64,000 nt of DNA from Rhodothermales bacterium (lineage in GTDB: Bacteria > Bacteroidota > Rhodothermia > Rhodothermales > Bin80). The notes below the pieces were generated by a model. That model was not told where the DNA came from. It saw only the letters and a program-made list of their open reading frames with translations, and did no database searches. Numbering within the stretch: the first letter of the stretch is position 1; each line of letters starts with the position of its first letter. The stretch is from positions 2,978,810 to 3,042,809 of the forward strand of contig OX638318.1 in NCBI GenBank assembly GCA_951812585.1, given 5' to 3'. This document shows positions 9,399-21,700 of the stretch, one piece after another. A program made the position numbers and the translations under genes.

Positions 9399-10028
9399 AT
9401 GGAAGACCTCACGTCGGAGCTTATAGCCCGTATTGCCCAGGTGCCCGTGCTGTGGGTATACGGGTTGCTGCTGGTAGCCGCGTTCCTTGAGAACATCTGT
9501 CCGCCGGTCCCGGGAGATGTGTGCATCATCTTCGGAGGCTACTTGGCGTCCAACGGCATGCTGGGATTGCCGCTGGTGATCGCGCTCGGGACTCTGGGCG
9601 GCATTCTGGGTTTCATGACCGTTTTCTATGTGGGGCGGACGGCAGGCGAACGGCTGGTGGCATCGGGGCGTATCCGCTGGATAAACCCGGAGGCGCTCGC
9701 CAAAGTGGCGCGCTGGGTCGCGCGCTGGGGACCAATGGTGGTTCTGGCCAATCGGTTCTTTACGGCGGTGCGCAGCGTGGTGGCGCTGAGCGTAGGCATG
9801 GGAAGCATGAGGAGTCGGCAAGCGCTTTGGCTCTGCGCTGCCGCGGCCCTTGTCTGGACCGCACTCCTGGCGTCCGGCGGATACGCCGCCGGCGAAAACT
9901 GGGAGCGTATCTGGGGTTTCCTGACAGGCTACAGCCGGATTGTTCTGGTAGTCATCCTTTTGGGCACAGGTGTAGTTGTCTGGCGCAACGTCCGCAAAAG
10001 AAAGATCTGCCCCGAGCGCACACGCTGA
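9399..10028 (+). CDS. DedA/VTT-family membrane protein
   Basis: Multi-pass membrane protein with the DedA signature region FLENICPPVPGDVCIIFGGYL. Confidence 0.85.
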   Translation: MEDLTSELIARIAQVPVLWVYGLLLVAAFLENICPPVPGDVCIIFGGYLASNGMLGLPLVIALGTLGGILGFMTVFYVGRTAGERLVASGRIRWINPEALAKVARWVARWGPMVVLANRFFTAVRSVVALSVGMGSMRSRQALWLCAAAALVWTALLASGGYAAGENWERIWGFLTGYSRIVLVVILLGTGVVVWRNVRKRKICPERTR

Positions 10029-10096
10029 CGTAGCTCAACCGGTAGAGCAGCTGATTTGTAATCAGCAGGTTGGGGGTTCGAGTCCCTTCGTCAGCT
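10024..10096 (+). tRNA. tRNA-Thr (anticodon TGT)
   Basis: Hand-folded cloverleaf. Acceptor GCTGACG/CGTCAGC, D-arm GCTC..GAGC, anticodon arm GCTGA-TTTGTAA-TCAGC, T-loop TTCGAGT. The 5' end overlaps the DedA stop codon. Confidence 0.85.
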
Positions 10097-10164
10097 CTTC
10101 ACACGCAGCGGTGCAGGCGCAGGGCACAGAATAGCGCGAAACAAGTTAGAACAGGTTGCGTCCT

Positions 10165-10246
10165 GGGCAGGTACCCAAGCGGTCAACGGGGGCAGACTGT
10201 AAATCTGCTGGCTAAGCCTTCGGAGGTTCGAATCCTTCCCTGCCCA
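10165..10246 (+). tRNA. tRNA-Tyr (anticodon GTA)
   Basis: Acceptor GGGCAGG/CCTGCCC, anticodon loop CTGTAAA, long variable arm and T-loop TTCGAAT; 82 nt. Confidence 0.85.
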
Positions 10247-10251
10247 CCGAA

Positions 10252-10324
10252 GCGGGAGTAGCTCAGTTGGTAGAGCATCAGCCTTCCAAGCTGAGGGTCG
10301 CGAGTTCGAGCCTCGTCTCCCGCT
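10252..10324 (+). tRNA. tRNA-Gly (anticodon TCC)
   Basis: Acceptor GCGGGAG/CTCCCGC, anticodon arm TCAGC-CTTCCAA-GCTGA, T-loop TTCGAGC. CCA is encoded at 10325-10327. Confidence 0.85.
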
Positions 10325-10329
10325 CCATA

Positions 10330-10401
<72 letters not shown>

Positions 10402-10429
10402 CCCATACCAGCAAATCAGCCCTGAAGAC

Positions 10430-11620
10430 ATGGCAAAGGAGCATTTCAAGCGCACGAAGCCGCATGTGAACGTTGGCACGATTGGTCATGTGGACCATGG
10501 CAAGACGACGCTTACGGCGGCGATCACGAAGGTTTTGAACGATCATTACGGCGGTACGGAGGTACGTTCGTTTGATTCTATTGACAATGCGCCGGAGGAG
10601 CGCGAGCGCGGGATCACGATAGCGACGGCGCATGTGGAGTACGAGACGGCGGCGCGTCACTATGCGCATGTGGACTGTCCGGGTCATGCGGACTATGTGA
10701 AGAACATGGTGACGGGTGCGGCGCAGATGGATGGTGCGATATTGGTGGTAGACGCGAGCGATGGTCCGATGCCGCAGACGCGGGAGCACATTTTGTTAGC
10801 GCGTCAGGTGGGCGTTCCGTACATCGTGGTATTCATGAACAAGGTGGACATGGTGGATGACGCGGAGCTTTTGGAGCTGGTGGAGCTGGAGGTACGGGAG
10901 TTGTTGGAGTTATACGAGTTTCCGGGCGACGACATTCCGGTGGTGATGGGTTCGGCGCTGGGTGCGTTGAACGGGGAGTTGGATTGGGAGGAGAAGATCA
11001 TGGAGTTGATGGGTCATGTGGACGCGTATATTCCGACGCCTCAGCGCGAGAAGGACAAGCCGTTTTTGATGTCGGTGGAGGATGTATTTTCGATCACGGG
11101 TCGGGGCACGGTGGCGACGGGTCGTATAGAGCGGGGGGTTGTTCGCACGGGTGAGAAGGTGGAGATTGTGGGTATTCGGGAGGAGAAGACGGGCACGACG
11201 GTGACGGGTGTGGAGATGTTTCGGAAGATATTGGATGAGGGTCAGGCGGGAGACAATGTGGGTTTATTGCTACGCGGGGTGCCGAAGGATGGTGTCGAGC
11301 GGGGCCAGGTGATTGTGCATCCGGGCTCGATCACGCCGCACAAGGAGTTTGCGTGCGAGGTGTATGTGTTGACGGCGGCAGAGGGGGGTCGTCACAAGCC
11401 ATTTTTTCGTGGCTACCGTCCGCAGTTCTACTTTCGTACGACGGATGTGACGGGGGACATCGCGCTGAGCGCGGGTGTGGAGATGGTTATGCCGGGGGAC
11501 AACACGAGTTTCACGGTACGATTGATTCAGCCGGTGGCGATGGAGCAGGGGCTGCGCTTTGCGATTCGCGAGGGCGGTCGCACGGTGGGCGCCGGAGTCG
11601 TAACAAAAATCCTTGACTAG
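10430..11620 (+). CDS. tuf: Elongation factor Tu
   Basis: [36 protein letters not shown] and NKVD GTPase motifs; 396 aa. Confidence 0.98.
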   Translation: MAKEHFKRTKPHVNVGTIGHVDHGKTTLTAAITKVLNDHYGGTEVRSFDSIDNAPEERERGITIATAHVEYETAARHYAHVDCPGHADYVKNMVTGAAQMDGAILVVDASDGPMPQTREHILLARQVGVPYIVVFMNKVDMVDDAELLELVELEVRELLELYEFPGDDIPVVMGSALGALNGELDWEEKIMELMGHVDAYIPTPQREKDKPFLMSVEDVFSITGRGTVATGRIERGVVRTGEKVEIVGIREEKTGTTVTGVEMFRKILDEGQAGDNVGLLLRGVPKDGVERGQVIVHPGSITPHKEFACEVYVLTAAEGGRHKPFFRGYRPQFYFRTTDVTGDIALSAGVEMVMPGDNTSFTVRLIQPVAMEQGLRFAIREGGRTVGAGVVTKILD

Positions 11621-11693
11621 AAACAACCCGGCACACTACGAGCCGGTGCCGAGACCCAACACCAACCAGTAGAGTACAACAGACGCGACACAA

Positions 11694-11766
<73 letters not shown>

Positions 11767-11786
11767 CAACCAAGGAGCTTATTTTC

Positions 11787-11987
11787 ATGAAAAAGCTTGC
11801 AGGAAAGATTCAGTCCTACTACCAGGATGTGATGACCGAGATGCGCAAGACCAGTTGGCCCAAGCGCAGGGAGCTGGCCAGCCACACCCTGGTCACACTC
11901 GTAGCCAGTGTCGCTGTGGCGCTGTTCATCTTTGGCGCTGATCAAGCGATCAGCGCCGTCCTGGATTTGATTTACTCTGGCCTGTAG
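11787..11987 (+). CDS. secE: Preprotein translocase subunit SecE
   Basis: 66 aa from ATG 11787, preceded by AAGGAG. Contains EMRKTSWPKRRE followed by a single TM segment. The track ORF start at 11742 would overlap tRNA-Trp. Confidence 0.85.
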   Translation: MKKLAGKIQSYYQDVMTEMRKTSWPKRRELASHTLVTLVASVAVALFIFGADQAISAVLDLIYSGL

Positions 11988-12010
11988 CAGACTAGACCTG
12001 GAGACATCCG

Positions 12011-12577
12011 ATGCAGACCCAAGCCCGATCAGACCTGCGCTGGTATGTGCTGCGCACCTTCACAGGGCAGGAAAAGAAGGTCAAGCTGTTCCTGGAAAAC
12101 GAAATCCGCGAGGAAGGGTGGGAAAGCAAGGTGGAGGAGATTTTGATCCCCACGGAAACGGTCTTCGAGATGCGCGGCGGCAAGAAACGCAGCCGCGAAC
12201 GGTCGTTTTTTCCAGGCTACCTGCTCATTCGCATGGCCATGGATGCGCAGCTTAGACACTTCTTTGCGGATCGAACCAGGCCCTGGCCCTCCAAGGTTGA
12301 CTTCCTGGGCCCCAACAATCAACCGATACCCCTGCGTGAAGATGAAGTAGATCGCATCTTGGGTCGTGTTGCCAGCGCCAAGGATAGCGACGAGAAGCCT
12401 GAAATGCCGTTTGATCCAGGCGATCAGGTCAAGGTCATTGATGGTCCGTTCAACAACTTCAGCGGCATCGTGGACGACGTCTTTCCCGATAAGCTGAAGG
12501 TGCGCGTGATGGTTTCCATCTTCGGACGCAAGACGCCCTTGGAACTGGACTATCTGCAGGTGGAGCGCGAAAACTAA
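12011..12577 (+). CDS. nusG: Transcription termination/antitermination factor NusG
   Basis: [14 protein letters not shown] (NGN domain) and a C-terminal KOW region ([18 protein letters not shown]). Confidence 0.93.
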   Translation: MQTQARSDLRWYVLRTFTGQEKKVKLFLENEIREEGWESKVEEILIPTETVFEMRGGKKRSRERSFFPGYLLIRMAMDAQLRHFFADRTRPWPSKVDFLGPNNQPIPLREDEVDRILGRVASAKDSDEKPEMPFDPGDQVKVIDGPFNNFSGIVDDVFPDKLKVRVMVSIFGRKTPLELDYLQVEREN

Positions 12578-12668
12578 ATTTCCGTGAATCGTTCCCAGAT
12601 TGGAACTGCTTCGTAGCCAACTCTTATAAGAAGGCTGCCCATACAGACCTAATCTCTGTGCCGACTGC

Positions 12669-13094
12669 ATGGCAAAGCCCGTTGAAAGCCTGATCAAGCT
12701 GCAAATCAAGGCAGGTCAGGCGAATCCGGCCCCTCCAATAGGGCCAGCGTTAGGGCAGCATGGCGTCAACATCATGGATTTCTGCAAGCAGTTCAACGCT
12801 GCCACGCAGGATCGGATGGGACTTGTGCTGCCGGTCGTAATCACGGTTTACAAGGACAAGACCTTCAGCTTTGTCGTCAAGAGTCCGCCTGCGGCCGTCT
12901 TACTGCGAAAAGCCGCAGAGATAGACAAGGGCTCAGGTGACTCCATCCGTCACAAGGTAGGCCAAGTTACCTGGTCCGACTGCTTGGACATTGCGGAGCA
13001 GAAGATGGCCGACCTTAACGCCTTTGATATTGAGAAGGCTGCGTCCATGATTGCGGGCACCGCCCGATCCATGGGCCTTAGAGTCCTTCGGTAG
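12669..13094 (+). CDS. rplK: 50S ribosomal protein L11
   Basis: [35 protein letters not shown]. Confidence 0.96.
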   Translation: MAKPVESLIKLQIKAGQANPAPPIGPALGQHGVNIMDFCKQFNAATQDRMGLVLPVVITVYKDKTFSFVVKSPPAAVLLRKAAEIDKGSGDSIRHKVGQVTWSDCLDIAEQKMADLNAFDIEKAASMIAGTARSMGLRVLR

Positions 13095-13156
13095 TCAAGC
13101 AGTCCCCGTTGAGGGAGTCGTTTCGGCGGTGTTATCACCGCATAAACCAAGTCTCT

Positions 13157-13867
13157 ATGCCTAAGCGAGGGAAGAGATACCTGACCGCCCGGCAGGTGAT
13201 CCGAGACGCTGGGGAGGGCCCCTTCAGCCTGCCGGATGCGACCAGGGTGATCAAGCGTATGTCTCTGCGTCAGTTCGATGAATCCGTGGACATTGATGTT
13301 CGCCTCGGTGTTGATCCCCGCCACGCGGACCAAATGGTTCGAGGCAGCGTCACGCTGCCGCATGGCACAGGAAAAGAACGGCGCGTCTTGGTCCTGGCCA
13401 GTCCAGGGAAGCAGGGAGAAGCCACGGCGGCTGGCGCCGACCATGTGGGTCTGGACGACTACATCAAGCGCATCCAGGATGGGTGGATCGACATCGATGT
13501 CGTGATCGCTACCCCGGACGTCATGTCCAAAGTGGGGCGGCTCGGCCGCATTCTGGGTCCGCGCGGCCTCATGCCAAACCCGAAAAGCGGCACCGTCACG
13601 ATGAATGTCGCAGCGGCCGTAAAGCAGGTAAAGGCAGGCAAGATTGATTTTCGGGTGGACAAGCAGGGCAACCTGCACACCGGCATCGGGCGCGTATCGT
13701 TTTCGGAAACGCAGTTGAACGACAACGCAAAAGCGTTCTTGCGGGAGGTGCTGCGCCTAAGGCCGGCTTCGGCCAAGGGCACCTATGTCCGGTCTGTCAC
13801 GCTTTCAACGACCATGGGGCCGGCGGTCCCGGTCGCACGCACGGAAGTGATAAACATCGTGCGCTAG
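13157..13867 (+). CDS. rplA: 50S ribosomal protein L1
   Basis: MPKRGKRY..., [10 protein letters not shown] and [18 protein letters not shown] 13157 is preferred to the upstream-extended track ORF (13109). Confidence 0.95.
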   Translation: MPKRGKRYLTARQVIRDAGEGPFSLPDATRVIKRMSLRQFDESVDIDVRLGVDPRHADQMVRGSVTLPHGTGKERRVLVLASPGKQGEATAAGADHVGLDDYIKRIQDGWIDIDVVIATPDVMSKVGRLGRILGPRGLMPNPKSGTVTMNVAAAVKQVKAGKIDFRVDKQGNLHTGIGRVSFSETQLNDNAKAFLREVLRLRPASAKGTYVRSVTLSTTMGPAVPVARTEVINIVR

Positions 13868-13869
13868 TC

Positions 13870-14400
13870 ATGGCACTTACCAGAGAGCGAAAAGCAACAG
13901 AGGTTGCCCAGGTAGCCGCGCTGCTAAATGATTCCGGGGCGGTGTACCTCACCGACTACATGGGACTCACCGTGGAGCAGATCAACCAGCTGCGGGGCAG
14001 GTTTCACGAGTCGGGTGTCCGGTATCGGGTCGTCAAGAACACACTGCTCCGGATTGCGCTGGAGGAAATCGGTGGCTTTGACGCACTGTACGAGCACCTG
14101 CGCGGCCCTTCCGCGGTGGCGCTTTCCAGCGATCCGTCTGCGCCTGCGCGGGCGATCAAGAGGTTTAAAGCCGAAACCGGTGCGACATTGCCTGCGCTCA
14201 AGGTCGCGTTTGTGGACGGGTCCGTGTACGCAGGGGATCAGCTCGATGTGCTGTCTTCGCTGAAATCAAGAGAAGAACTGATTGGAGACATAGTTGGATT
14301 GTTGTTGTCTCCCATGTCCAACATCGTTGGCGCTGTTCAGGCACCGGGTGCAACACTCGCGGCCATCCTGGAAACGCTGCAGGAAGAAGCAAAACCCTAG
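13870..14400 (+). CDS. rplJ: 50S ribosomal protein L10
   Basis: Position between rplA and rplL; typical L10 N-terminus (KATEVAQVAALL.., YLTDYMGLTVEQINQLR). Confidence 0.93.
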   Translation: MALTRERKATEVAQVAALLNDSGAVYLTDYMGLTVEQINQLRGRFHESGVRYRVVKNTLLRIALEEIGGFDALYEHLRGPSAVALSSDPSAPARAIKRFKAETGATLPALKVAFVDGSVYAGDQLDVLSSLKSREELIGDIVGLLLSPMSNIVGAVQAPGATLAAILETLQEEAKP

Positions 14401-14473
14401 ACTTTCACCATCCCCCTTAATGCGCGGCGCAGCCTGACAAAGGCCCAGACCGCCGCCGGAACACACACAAACC

Positions 14474-14854
14474 ATGGCAGACATCAACGCGCTTGCAGAA
14501 CAGCTTGTAGCTCTTACCATCAAAGAGGCCGCAGATCTCGCCAAGCTCCTGGAGGAGCAGTACGGCATCAAGCCCGCGGCAACGGCTGTCGCAGCCGCCC
14601 CTGCGGCGGGCGGCACCAATGGGCAGGCCGAGGCTGAGGAGCAGACGGAATTCACCGTAACGCTGACCTCATTTGGCAGCGCCAAGATTCAGGTGGTCAA
14701 GGAGGTGCGCCAGATCACCGGCCTGGGCCTCAAGGAAGCCAAAGGGCTGGTTGACAACGCGCCGAACGCTGTCAAGGAGGGTATCTCCAAAGAAGAAGCG
14801 GAGGAGGTCAGACAGCGCCTCGAGGCGATAGGGGCCGAAGTCAAGGTCAGCTAA
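14474..14854 (+). CDS. rplL: 50S ribosomal protein L7/L12
   Basis: Ala-rich hinge and the C-terminal domain [24 protein letters not shown]. Confidence 0.96.
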   Translation: MADINALAEQLVALTIKEAADLAKLLEEQYGIKPAATAVAAAPAAGGTNGQAEAEEQTEFTVTLTSFGSAKIQVVKEVRQITGLGLKEAKGLVDNAPNAVKEGISKEEAEEVRQRLEAIGAEVKVS

Positions 14855-14893
14855 GACCAGCGCAACGGATCAGCAATCGTAGTTCAGCTGCTT

Positions 14894-17800
14894 ATGCACA
14901 ATAGAAATGGCCAGCAGGGATATAACGGACGTATCAGCTTTGCCAGCACGCAACCCGTTCTGGATTATCCCGACTTTCTGGCAGTACAGCTCAAGTCGTT
15001 CAGCGACTTTGTCCAGGCCAATGTTCTGCCCGAAGACCGCCAGAACCTGGGGCTCCAAGCGGTCTTCAACAGCCATTTCCCTATAGAGGACACCCGCCAG
15101 CGGTTCAAGCTGGAGTTTCTGCACTACTCCATGGATGCCCCCATGCATTCCATCGAGGAGTGTATTTCCCAAGGGCTGACCTACTCGGTGCCGCTCAAGG
15201 CCGTCCTGCGTCTGTCGGCGCAGGACGATGACGATGAGGACGATCCGCAAGAGGCCGTAGAGCAGGAGGTTTATCTGGGTATTATTCCGCAGATGACCCC
15301 GCGCGGCTCCTTTGTGATCAATGGGGCTGAGCGGGTCGTAGTATCGCAGCTTCACCGCAGCCCGGGCGTATTCTTCGGTCAGAGTACACATCCCAATGGA
15401 ACGAAGCTGTTCTCGGCCCGCGTGATCCCCATCCGGGGGACCTGGCTTGAGTTTTCTACGGATGTACAGAATGTGCTCTGGGTCTATCTGGACCGCAAGA
15501 AAAAGCTGCCGGTCACGACGCTACTGCGCGGCTTGGGGTACAGCTCAACGCAGCAAATTGTAACCATCTTTGAGTTGGCTGATCGCATTCAGTCCAACAC
15601 GAAGCGCAACTTCAGACGGGGCATCGGGCGCACGCTTGCCATCAGCGTGATGGGCAGAGAAAAGATTCTGGAAGTTATTGACGAGGCGACGGGTGAGGTG
15701 GTCGAAGAGTCGTATGCACCCAAGGTTCTCTTGCCGGTCGGCCATGAGGTGACGCTGGAGGACTACGAATTACTCAAGGAATACAAAGTCCGGGAGTTCT
15801 TTGTGCTGCGCAAGGATGCGGGCGAAGAAGATGCGAAGGACAACAGCACGCTGCTGAAGACGCTGGGCAAGGATCCTGCCAGTAATCAGACTGAGGCCCT
15901 GCAGTACATCTACAAGCGGCTGCGAGACACTGAACACGAGGCTCCAGACGAAGACGTAGCCCGCAGGGAGCTGATGCGGATGTTTGCACGCATCGACCTG
16001 GGCGAGGTCGGGCGACACCGGATCAACAAGCGGCTGGAGGTTAACATTGAGTCAGACGCAGGGTCACTTGAGGGCCACCATGTCATTGACATCGTCATCT
16101 CCATATCGAAGAAGCTGGTCGCGCTGCGCAATGGGGAAGGCAGTCCAGATGACATAGACCACTTGAGCAACCGACGCGTTCGGACTGTAGGCGAGCAGCT
16201 GGGGCAGCAGTATTCGGTCGGTCTGGCGCGTATGGCACGCACCATTCGCGAGAAGATGAACCTGCGGGACGCGGACAGGCTGACGCCGCAGGACCTGGTC
16301 AACGAGCGCACTATTCGAAGTGTGATCAACACGTACTTCGGTACGAGTCAGCTGAGTCAGTTCATGGATCAGACCAATCCGTTGTCTGAGCTGACGCACA
16401 AGCGCAGGATGTCAGCACTTGGACCCGGCGGGTTGACGCGTGAGCGCGCGGGATTCGAAGTGCGTGATGTCCATTACACACATTACGGGCGCCTGTGCCC
16501 GATCGAGACGCCGGAAGGTCCGAATATCGGCCTTATTTCTTCGCTTTGCGTACACGCGCTCATTAACCCCTTTGGGTTCATCGAGACGCCTTACCGGCGC
16601 GTGGTCAACGGCCAGGTTACCCGCGAGATTGCCTACCTGTCTGCGGAAGAGGAAGATGATGCGGTCATTGCGCAGGCTAATGCGCGGATTGACCGTGAGG
16701 GTAACTTCCTGGATGAATGGGTGCGTTGCCGATACCGGGGGGACTTTCCCACCGAGCGTCCGGCGGATGTCCAGTATATGGACATCGTGCCGAACCAGAT
16801 TGTTTCGCCCTCGGCCTCCATTATTCCGTTTCTGGAGCATGATGATGCCAACCGGGCGCTGATGGGATCCAACATGCAGCGGCAGGCTGTGCCGCTGCTC
16901 AGGGCCGAAGCACCGATTGTCGGCACGGGCCTGGAGCACCGTGTGGCACGTGATTCGCGCGCGGTGATCACCGCCGAAGGCGCTGGAGTCGTCCAGTACG
17001 TAGATTCCCAGCGCATCATCATCGAGTACAAGCGCAAGCGTTCGGCGGGGCAAGTGGAATTTGATGATTCGGTCAAGGAGTACCCGCTCGTCAAGTTCAG
17101 GCGCACCAATCAGGACACGTGTATCAATCAGAAGCCCATCGTACGTGTGGGCGACAAGGTGGAGTATGGCACGGTGCTCACCGATGGCTTCGCTACCGAC
17201 GACGGCGAGCTTGCGCTCGGCAAGAATATTCTGGTGGCATTCATGCCTTGGCGGGGCTACAACTTTGAGGACGCCATCGTGCTTTCTGAGCGCCTGGTGT
17301 CCGACGACGTTTTTACCTCTGTTCACATCGAACAGTTTTCGCTGCAGGTGCGTGACACCAAGCGCGGCCACGAGGAGTTAACGCGCGAAATTCCCAACGT
17401 ATCGGAGGAAGCGACCAAGGATCTGGACGAGCGCGGGATCATCCGCGTGGGCGCAGAAGTCAAGACCGGGGATATTATTGTAGGCAAGATCACACCCAAA
17501 GGTGAAACCGATCCTACGCCCGAAGAGAAACTACTGCGCGCCATCTTTGGCGACAAGGCCGGGGATGTAAAGGACGATTCCCTGAAGGCACCGCCCGGCA
17601 TGAACGGCGTCGTTATTGATACGAAGCTGTTCTCTCGTCGCCGGCTAGATCCGGTCTCCAAGAAGCGGGAGCAGCTGGCGCTTGCGGAGATAGAAAGACT
17701 GCGAGATCGCAAAATCGAAGCGCTCCATGGGGACTTGCATCAGAAGTTCTTTCACTTGGTGAAGGGCAGAATTTCAGGAGGTATCTGGGCGACTGACGGG

Positions 17801-18748
17801 CGCGAAGTTGTGCCGGAAGGCATGGAAATCAAAGCCGAGCACTTTAAGGAAGTCGCGGTGCACGAGCTGGATTCGCTGCGCGTTGCTCTGCAGGCCGGCG
17901 GTGCGCGCGACAGGCAGCTGCGAAAGCTCTTCAGTAATTATCATGAGAAGTTCAACGCCATCCTGGCAGGGGCCAAGCGCGATGAGCATCGCGTCAAGCT
18001 CGGCGACGAGCTGCCCCCGGGCGTGGTACAGCTGGCCAAGGTGTATATCGCCAAGAAGCGCAAGATCCAGGTCGGGGACAAGATGGCGGGTCGCCACGGC
18101 AATAAGGGCGTGGTTGCCCGCATTGTACCCATTGAGGACATGCCGTTTCTGGAGGACGGGACACCGGTCGATATTGTCCTTAATCCGCTGGGCGTTCCCT
18201 CCCGCATGAACCTTGGGCAGATATACGAGACGCTTCTGGGCTGGGCGGGCCATATACTGGGTAAGCGTTTTGCTACGCCGAGCTTTGAAAGCGCGAACAG
18301 GGACGAACTCTTTTCCTATGTCGAGCAGGCAGGGTTGTCGCCCGATGGCAGGGCACAGCTTTACGATGGGCGTACGGGTGAGTCACTGGATCAGAAGACC
18401 ACGGTGGGTCAGATCTACATGATGAAGCTGAGTCACCTTGTCGACGACAAGATTCACTCGCGCTCCATTGGTCCATACAGTTTGATAACGCAGCAACCGT
18501 TGGGAGGCAAAGCCCAGTTTGGCGGTCAGCGCCTAGGCGAGATGGAAGTCTGGGCCATGTACGCCTACGGCGCCTCGAACGTGTTGCAAGAGATGCTTAC
18601 GTACAAGAGCGACGACGTTCAGGGTCGCTCCAGGGCGTACGAAGCAGTGGTCAAAGGAGACAACATGCCGGAATCAGGCATCCCGGAGAGCTTTAACGTG
18701 CTCGTCCGCGAATTGCAGGGATTGGGGCTTGAGATCCGCCTGGACTAG
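14894..18748 (+). CDS. rpoB: DNA-directed RNA polymerase subunit beta
   Basis: 1284 aa with conserved blocks [42 protein letters not shown] and [12 protein letters not shown]. Confidence 0.98.
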   Translation: MHNRNGQQGYNGRISFASTQPVLDYPDFLAVQLKSFSDFVQANVLPEDRQNLGLQAVFNSHFPIEDTRQRFKLEFLHYSMDAPMHSIEECISQGLTYSVPLKAVLRLSAQDDDDEDDPQEAVEQEVYLGIIPQMTPRGSFVINGAERVVVSQLHRSPGVFFGQSTHPNGTKLFSARVIPIRGTWLEFSTDVQNVLWVYLDRKKKLPVTTLLRGLGYSSTQQIVTIFELADRIQSNTKRNFRRGIGRTLAISVMGREKILEVIDEATGEVVEESYAPKVLLPVGHEVTLEDYELLKEYKVREFFVLRKDAGEEDAKDNSTLLKTLGKDPASNQTEALQYIYKRLRDTEHEAPDEDVARRELMRMFARIDLGEVGRHRINKRLEVNIESDAGSLEGHHVIDIVISISKKLVALRNGEGSPDDIDHLSNRRVRTVGEQLGQQYSVGLARMARTIREKMNLRDADRLTPQDLVNERTIRSVINTYFGTSQLSQFMDQTNPLSELTHKRRMSALGPGGLTRERAGFEVRDVHYTHYGRLCPIETPEGPNIGLISSLCVHALINPFGFIETPYRRVVNGQVTREIAYLSAEEEDDAVIAQANARIDREGNFLDEWVRCRYRGDFPTERPADVQYMDIVPNQIVSPSASIIPFLEHDDANRALMGSNMQRQAVPLLRAEAPIVGTGLEHRVARDSRAVITAEGAGVVQYVDSQRIIIEYKRKRSAGQVEFDDSVKEYPLVKFRRTNQDTCINQKPIVRVGDKVEYGTVLTDGFATDDGELALGKNILVAFMPWRGYNFEDAIVLSERLVSDDVFTSVHIEQFSLQVRDTKRGHEELTREIPNVSEEATKDLDERGIIRVGAEVKTGDIIVGKITPKGETDPTPEEKLLRAIFGDKAGDVKDDSLKAPPGMNGVVIDTKLFSRRRLDPVSKKREQLALAEIERLRDRKIEALHGDLHQKFFHLVKGRISGGIWATDGREVVPEGMEIKAEHFKEVAVHELDSLRVALQAGGARDRQLRKLFSNYHEKFNAILAGAKRDEHRVKLGDELPPGVVQLAKVYIAKKRKIQVGDKMAGRHGNKGVVARIVPIEDMPFLEDGTPVDIVLNPLGVPSRMNLGQIYETLLGWAGHILGKRFATPSFESANRDELFSYVEQAGLSPDGRAQLYDGRTGESLDQKTTVGQIYMMKLSHLVDDKIHSRSIGPYSLITQQPLGGKAQFGGQRLGEMEVWAMYAYGASNVLQEMLTYKSDDVQGRSRAYEAVVKGDNMPESGIPESFNVLVRELQGLGLEIRLD

Positions 18749-18789
18749 GTGCCGGCCCTTCCCTCGTAACCCATTACGCACGCGATACC

Positions 18790-21700
18790 ATGCCATACGG
18801 CGCGCCCCCAAAGGTACAGAAGGTCTTTAACGGCATCACAGTTAGCCTTGCTTCGCCGGAGACCATTCTCGAGCGAAGTCATGGAGAGGTTCAGAAGCCG
18901 GAGACGATCAATTATCGCAGCTTCAAGCCTGAAAAGGAGGGCCTCTTCTGCGAGAAGATATTCGGCCCGGTCAAGGACTGGGAGTGCTATTGCAGCAAGT
19001 ACAAGCGTATCCGCTACAAGGGTATCATATGCGACCGTTGCGGCGTTGAGGTGACGCAGAAGAGCGTGCGCCGCGAGCGGATGGGGCACATTGCGCTGTC
19101 GGTGCCGGTGGTGCACATCTGGTACTTCAAGACGCTCCCCAACAAGATCAGCCACCTGCTGGGCATCAAGTCGAAGGCGCTAGAAAAGGTCATCTATTAC
19201 GAGAGCTACGTCGTTGTGCAGGCGGGACGTGCTGAACAAAAGGGCATCACGCGGGGGCAGTTGCTGACGGAAGAGGAGTATCTGGACATCTTGTACAGCG
19301 AAGAGCTGCGGGAAGACAACAATCGACTCAGCGACGACGACCCGGAGAAGTTCATCGCGATGATTGGTGGGGAAGCCGTGGAGACGATGCTGAAGCGGCT
19401 GGACCTGCAGCGGCTGTCGCATGAATTGCGCTTCCAGATCAAAACGGAATCCAGTCAGCAGCGCAAGGCGGAGGCCCTTAAGCGGCTCAAGGTTGTTGCA
19501 GCTTTTCGCGAGGCGAACCGGCGCATGGAGAACAAGCCCGAGTGGATGGTGCTGCATGTGGTTCCGGTGATTCCCCCGGAGCTGCGGCCGCTGGTGCCAC
19601 TGGAGGGTGGTCGCTTTGCGACGAGCGACTTGAACGACCTGTACCGGCGCGTCATAATCCGCAACAACCGCTTGAAGCGCTTGATCGACATCAAGGCGCC
19701 GGAGGTGATTCTGCGCAATGAAAAGCGCATGTTGCAGGAGGCGGTTGACAGCCTGTTCGACAATTCCCGCAAGGCCAATGCGGTGCGCAGCAGCAACGGA
19801 CGCCCGGTCAAGAGCCTGTCGGATATGCTGAAGGGCAAGCAGGGTCGTTTCCGCCAGAATCTCTTGGGCAAGCGCGTAGACTATTCGGGTCGCTCCGTGA
19901 TTGTGGTGGGGCCGGAGCTTGAGCTGCACCAGTGCGGATTGCCCAAGGAGATGGCTGTGGAGCTGTTCAAGCCGTTTGTGATTCGAAAGCTTATTGAGCG
20001 CGGTATTGTCAAGACGGTCAAGAGCGCCAAGAAGGTTGTGGATCGGCGCACCGCCGAAGTGTGGGACATTGTTGAGAAGGTCATTGAGGGCCGCCCAGTA
20101 ATGCTGAACCGGGCACCAACGCTGCATCGGCTGGGGTTCCAGGCTTTTCAGCCGGTGCTGACGGAGGGCAAGGCGATTCAGCTTCATCCTCTTGTATGTA
20201 CGGCATTCAACGCGGACTTTGATGGCGACCAGATGGCCGTTCATGTGCCCCTTGGATATGATGCGTGTCTGGAGGCCATGGTGCTTATGCTCTCCAGCCA
20301 CAACATCCTGAGTCCAGCACATGGCGGGCCCATCACCGTTCCTACGCAGGACATGGTGCTGGGTCTGTATTATCTCACCAAGTCTCGCACCGGTGCCAAG
20401 GGCGAAGGCATGCGCTTTTCAAGTGCGGCGGAGGTGCGGCAGGCATTTGACTTGGACCAGGTCAACGTGCACGCAAAGATATCAGTGCGGCTGGAGGATG
20501 GCACGAAGGTGGACACCTCGGTGGGGCGCGTACTTTTCAACGAGTTTGTGCCGCGGAAATTGGGCTACATCAATGATATTCTGACCAAGAAAAATCTGCG
20601 CCGCATCATTGCGCGCGTGCTTAGCGCAACGAACTTTCCTGAGACCGCGCGCTTTTTGGACGATATCAAGCGCGCGGGATTCGAGTATGCAACGATGGGT
20701 GGGTTGACCTTTTCGATTGCGGATATTGTGGTGCCGGACGAGAAGGAGGAACTGCTCCGAGAGGCGCATGCCGCAGTACGGACCGTGCGGGACAACTACG
20801 CGTTGGGCTTCATCTTTGACGTGGAGCGCTACAACCAGGTCATCGATATCTGGACACGCACCAACAACAAGGTGTCGGAGGTGCTCTTTGACGCCTTGGA
20901 GAAGGATGAGGATGGGTTCAATGCCATATACATGATGGCCGATTCCGGCGCACGTGGTTCGAAGGAGCAGATTCGGCAGCTGGGCGGGATGCGCGGCCTC
21001 ATGGCCAAGCCTCAGAAGAGCATGAAGGGCGAGGCAGGCGAGATCATCGAGAACCCCATCGTATCAAACTTCAAGGAAGGGTTGAGCGTGCTGGAGTATT
21101 TCATCTCCACGCACGGCGCGCGCAAGGGCCTAGCTGACACGGCGCTCAAGACGGCTGATGCAGGATATCTGACGCGCCGCCTGGTAGATGTGGCGCAGGA
21201 TGTCACCATCACGATGCACGACTGCGGCACGCTCCGCGGCATCTCCATCGCGGCGCTCAAGGACCACGAAACTGTGGTCGAGCCTTTGGCCGATCGCATC
21301 CTAGGACGCGTTTCATTGCACGATGTCTATGATCCGCTGACAGGCGACCGCATTGTCAATGCCTACGAGGTGATTGATGAGAAGCGCGCCTTGCAGATAG
21401 CGGAGACGTCAATCGAGCAGGTGGAGATCCGCTCGGTGCTTACATGCGAGGCGCGTCGGGGAGCCTGTGCCAATTGCTATGGACGCAATCTTGGAACGGG
21501 TCGCTTGGTGGAGCAGGGCGAGGCGATCGGCGTCGTTGCGGCGCAGTCGATTGGAGAGCCTGGGACGCAGTTGACGCTTCGGACTTTTCACGTTGGCGGG
21601 ACTGCTAGCCGCATTCAAGCGGAGAGCACCATCCAAAGCAAGGGAGCAGGCACGATAGCCTTTGAGAATCTTCGCACCGTGGGCATCGAATACGAAGAGG

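Noticed and set aside
16412-17371. 319-aa minus-strand ORF, and similar long antisense ORFs (19180..20322, 21409..21921, 41258..42094, 42978..43862, 49916..50767, 55276..56352, 59073..59627)
   Set aside because: All lie inside well-supported plus-strand genes (rpoB, rpoC, the ntrC-like gene, the OMP gene, porU and the cluster genes). They show Arg/His/Gln-rich shadow composition.
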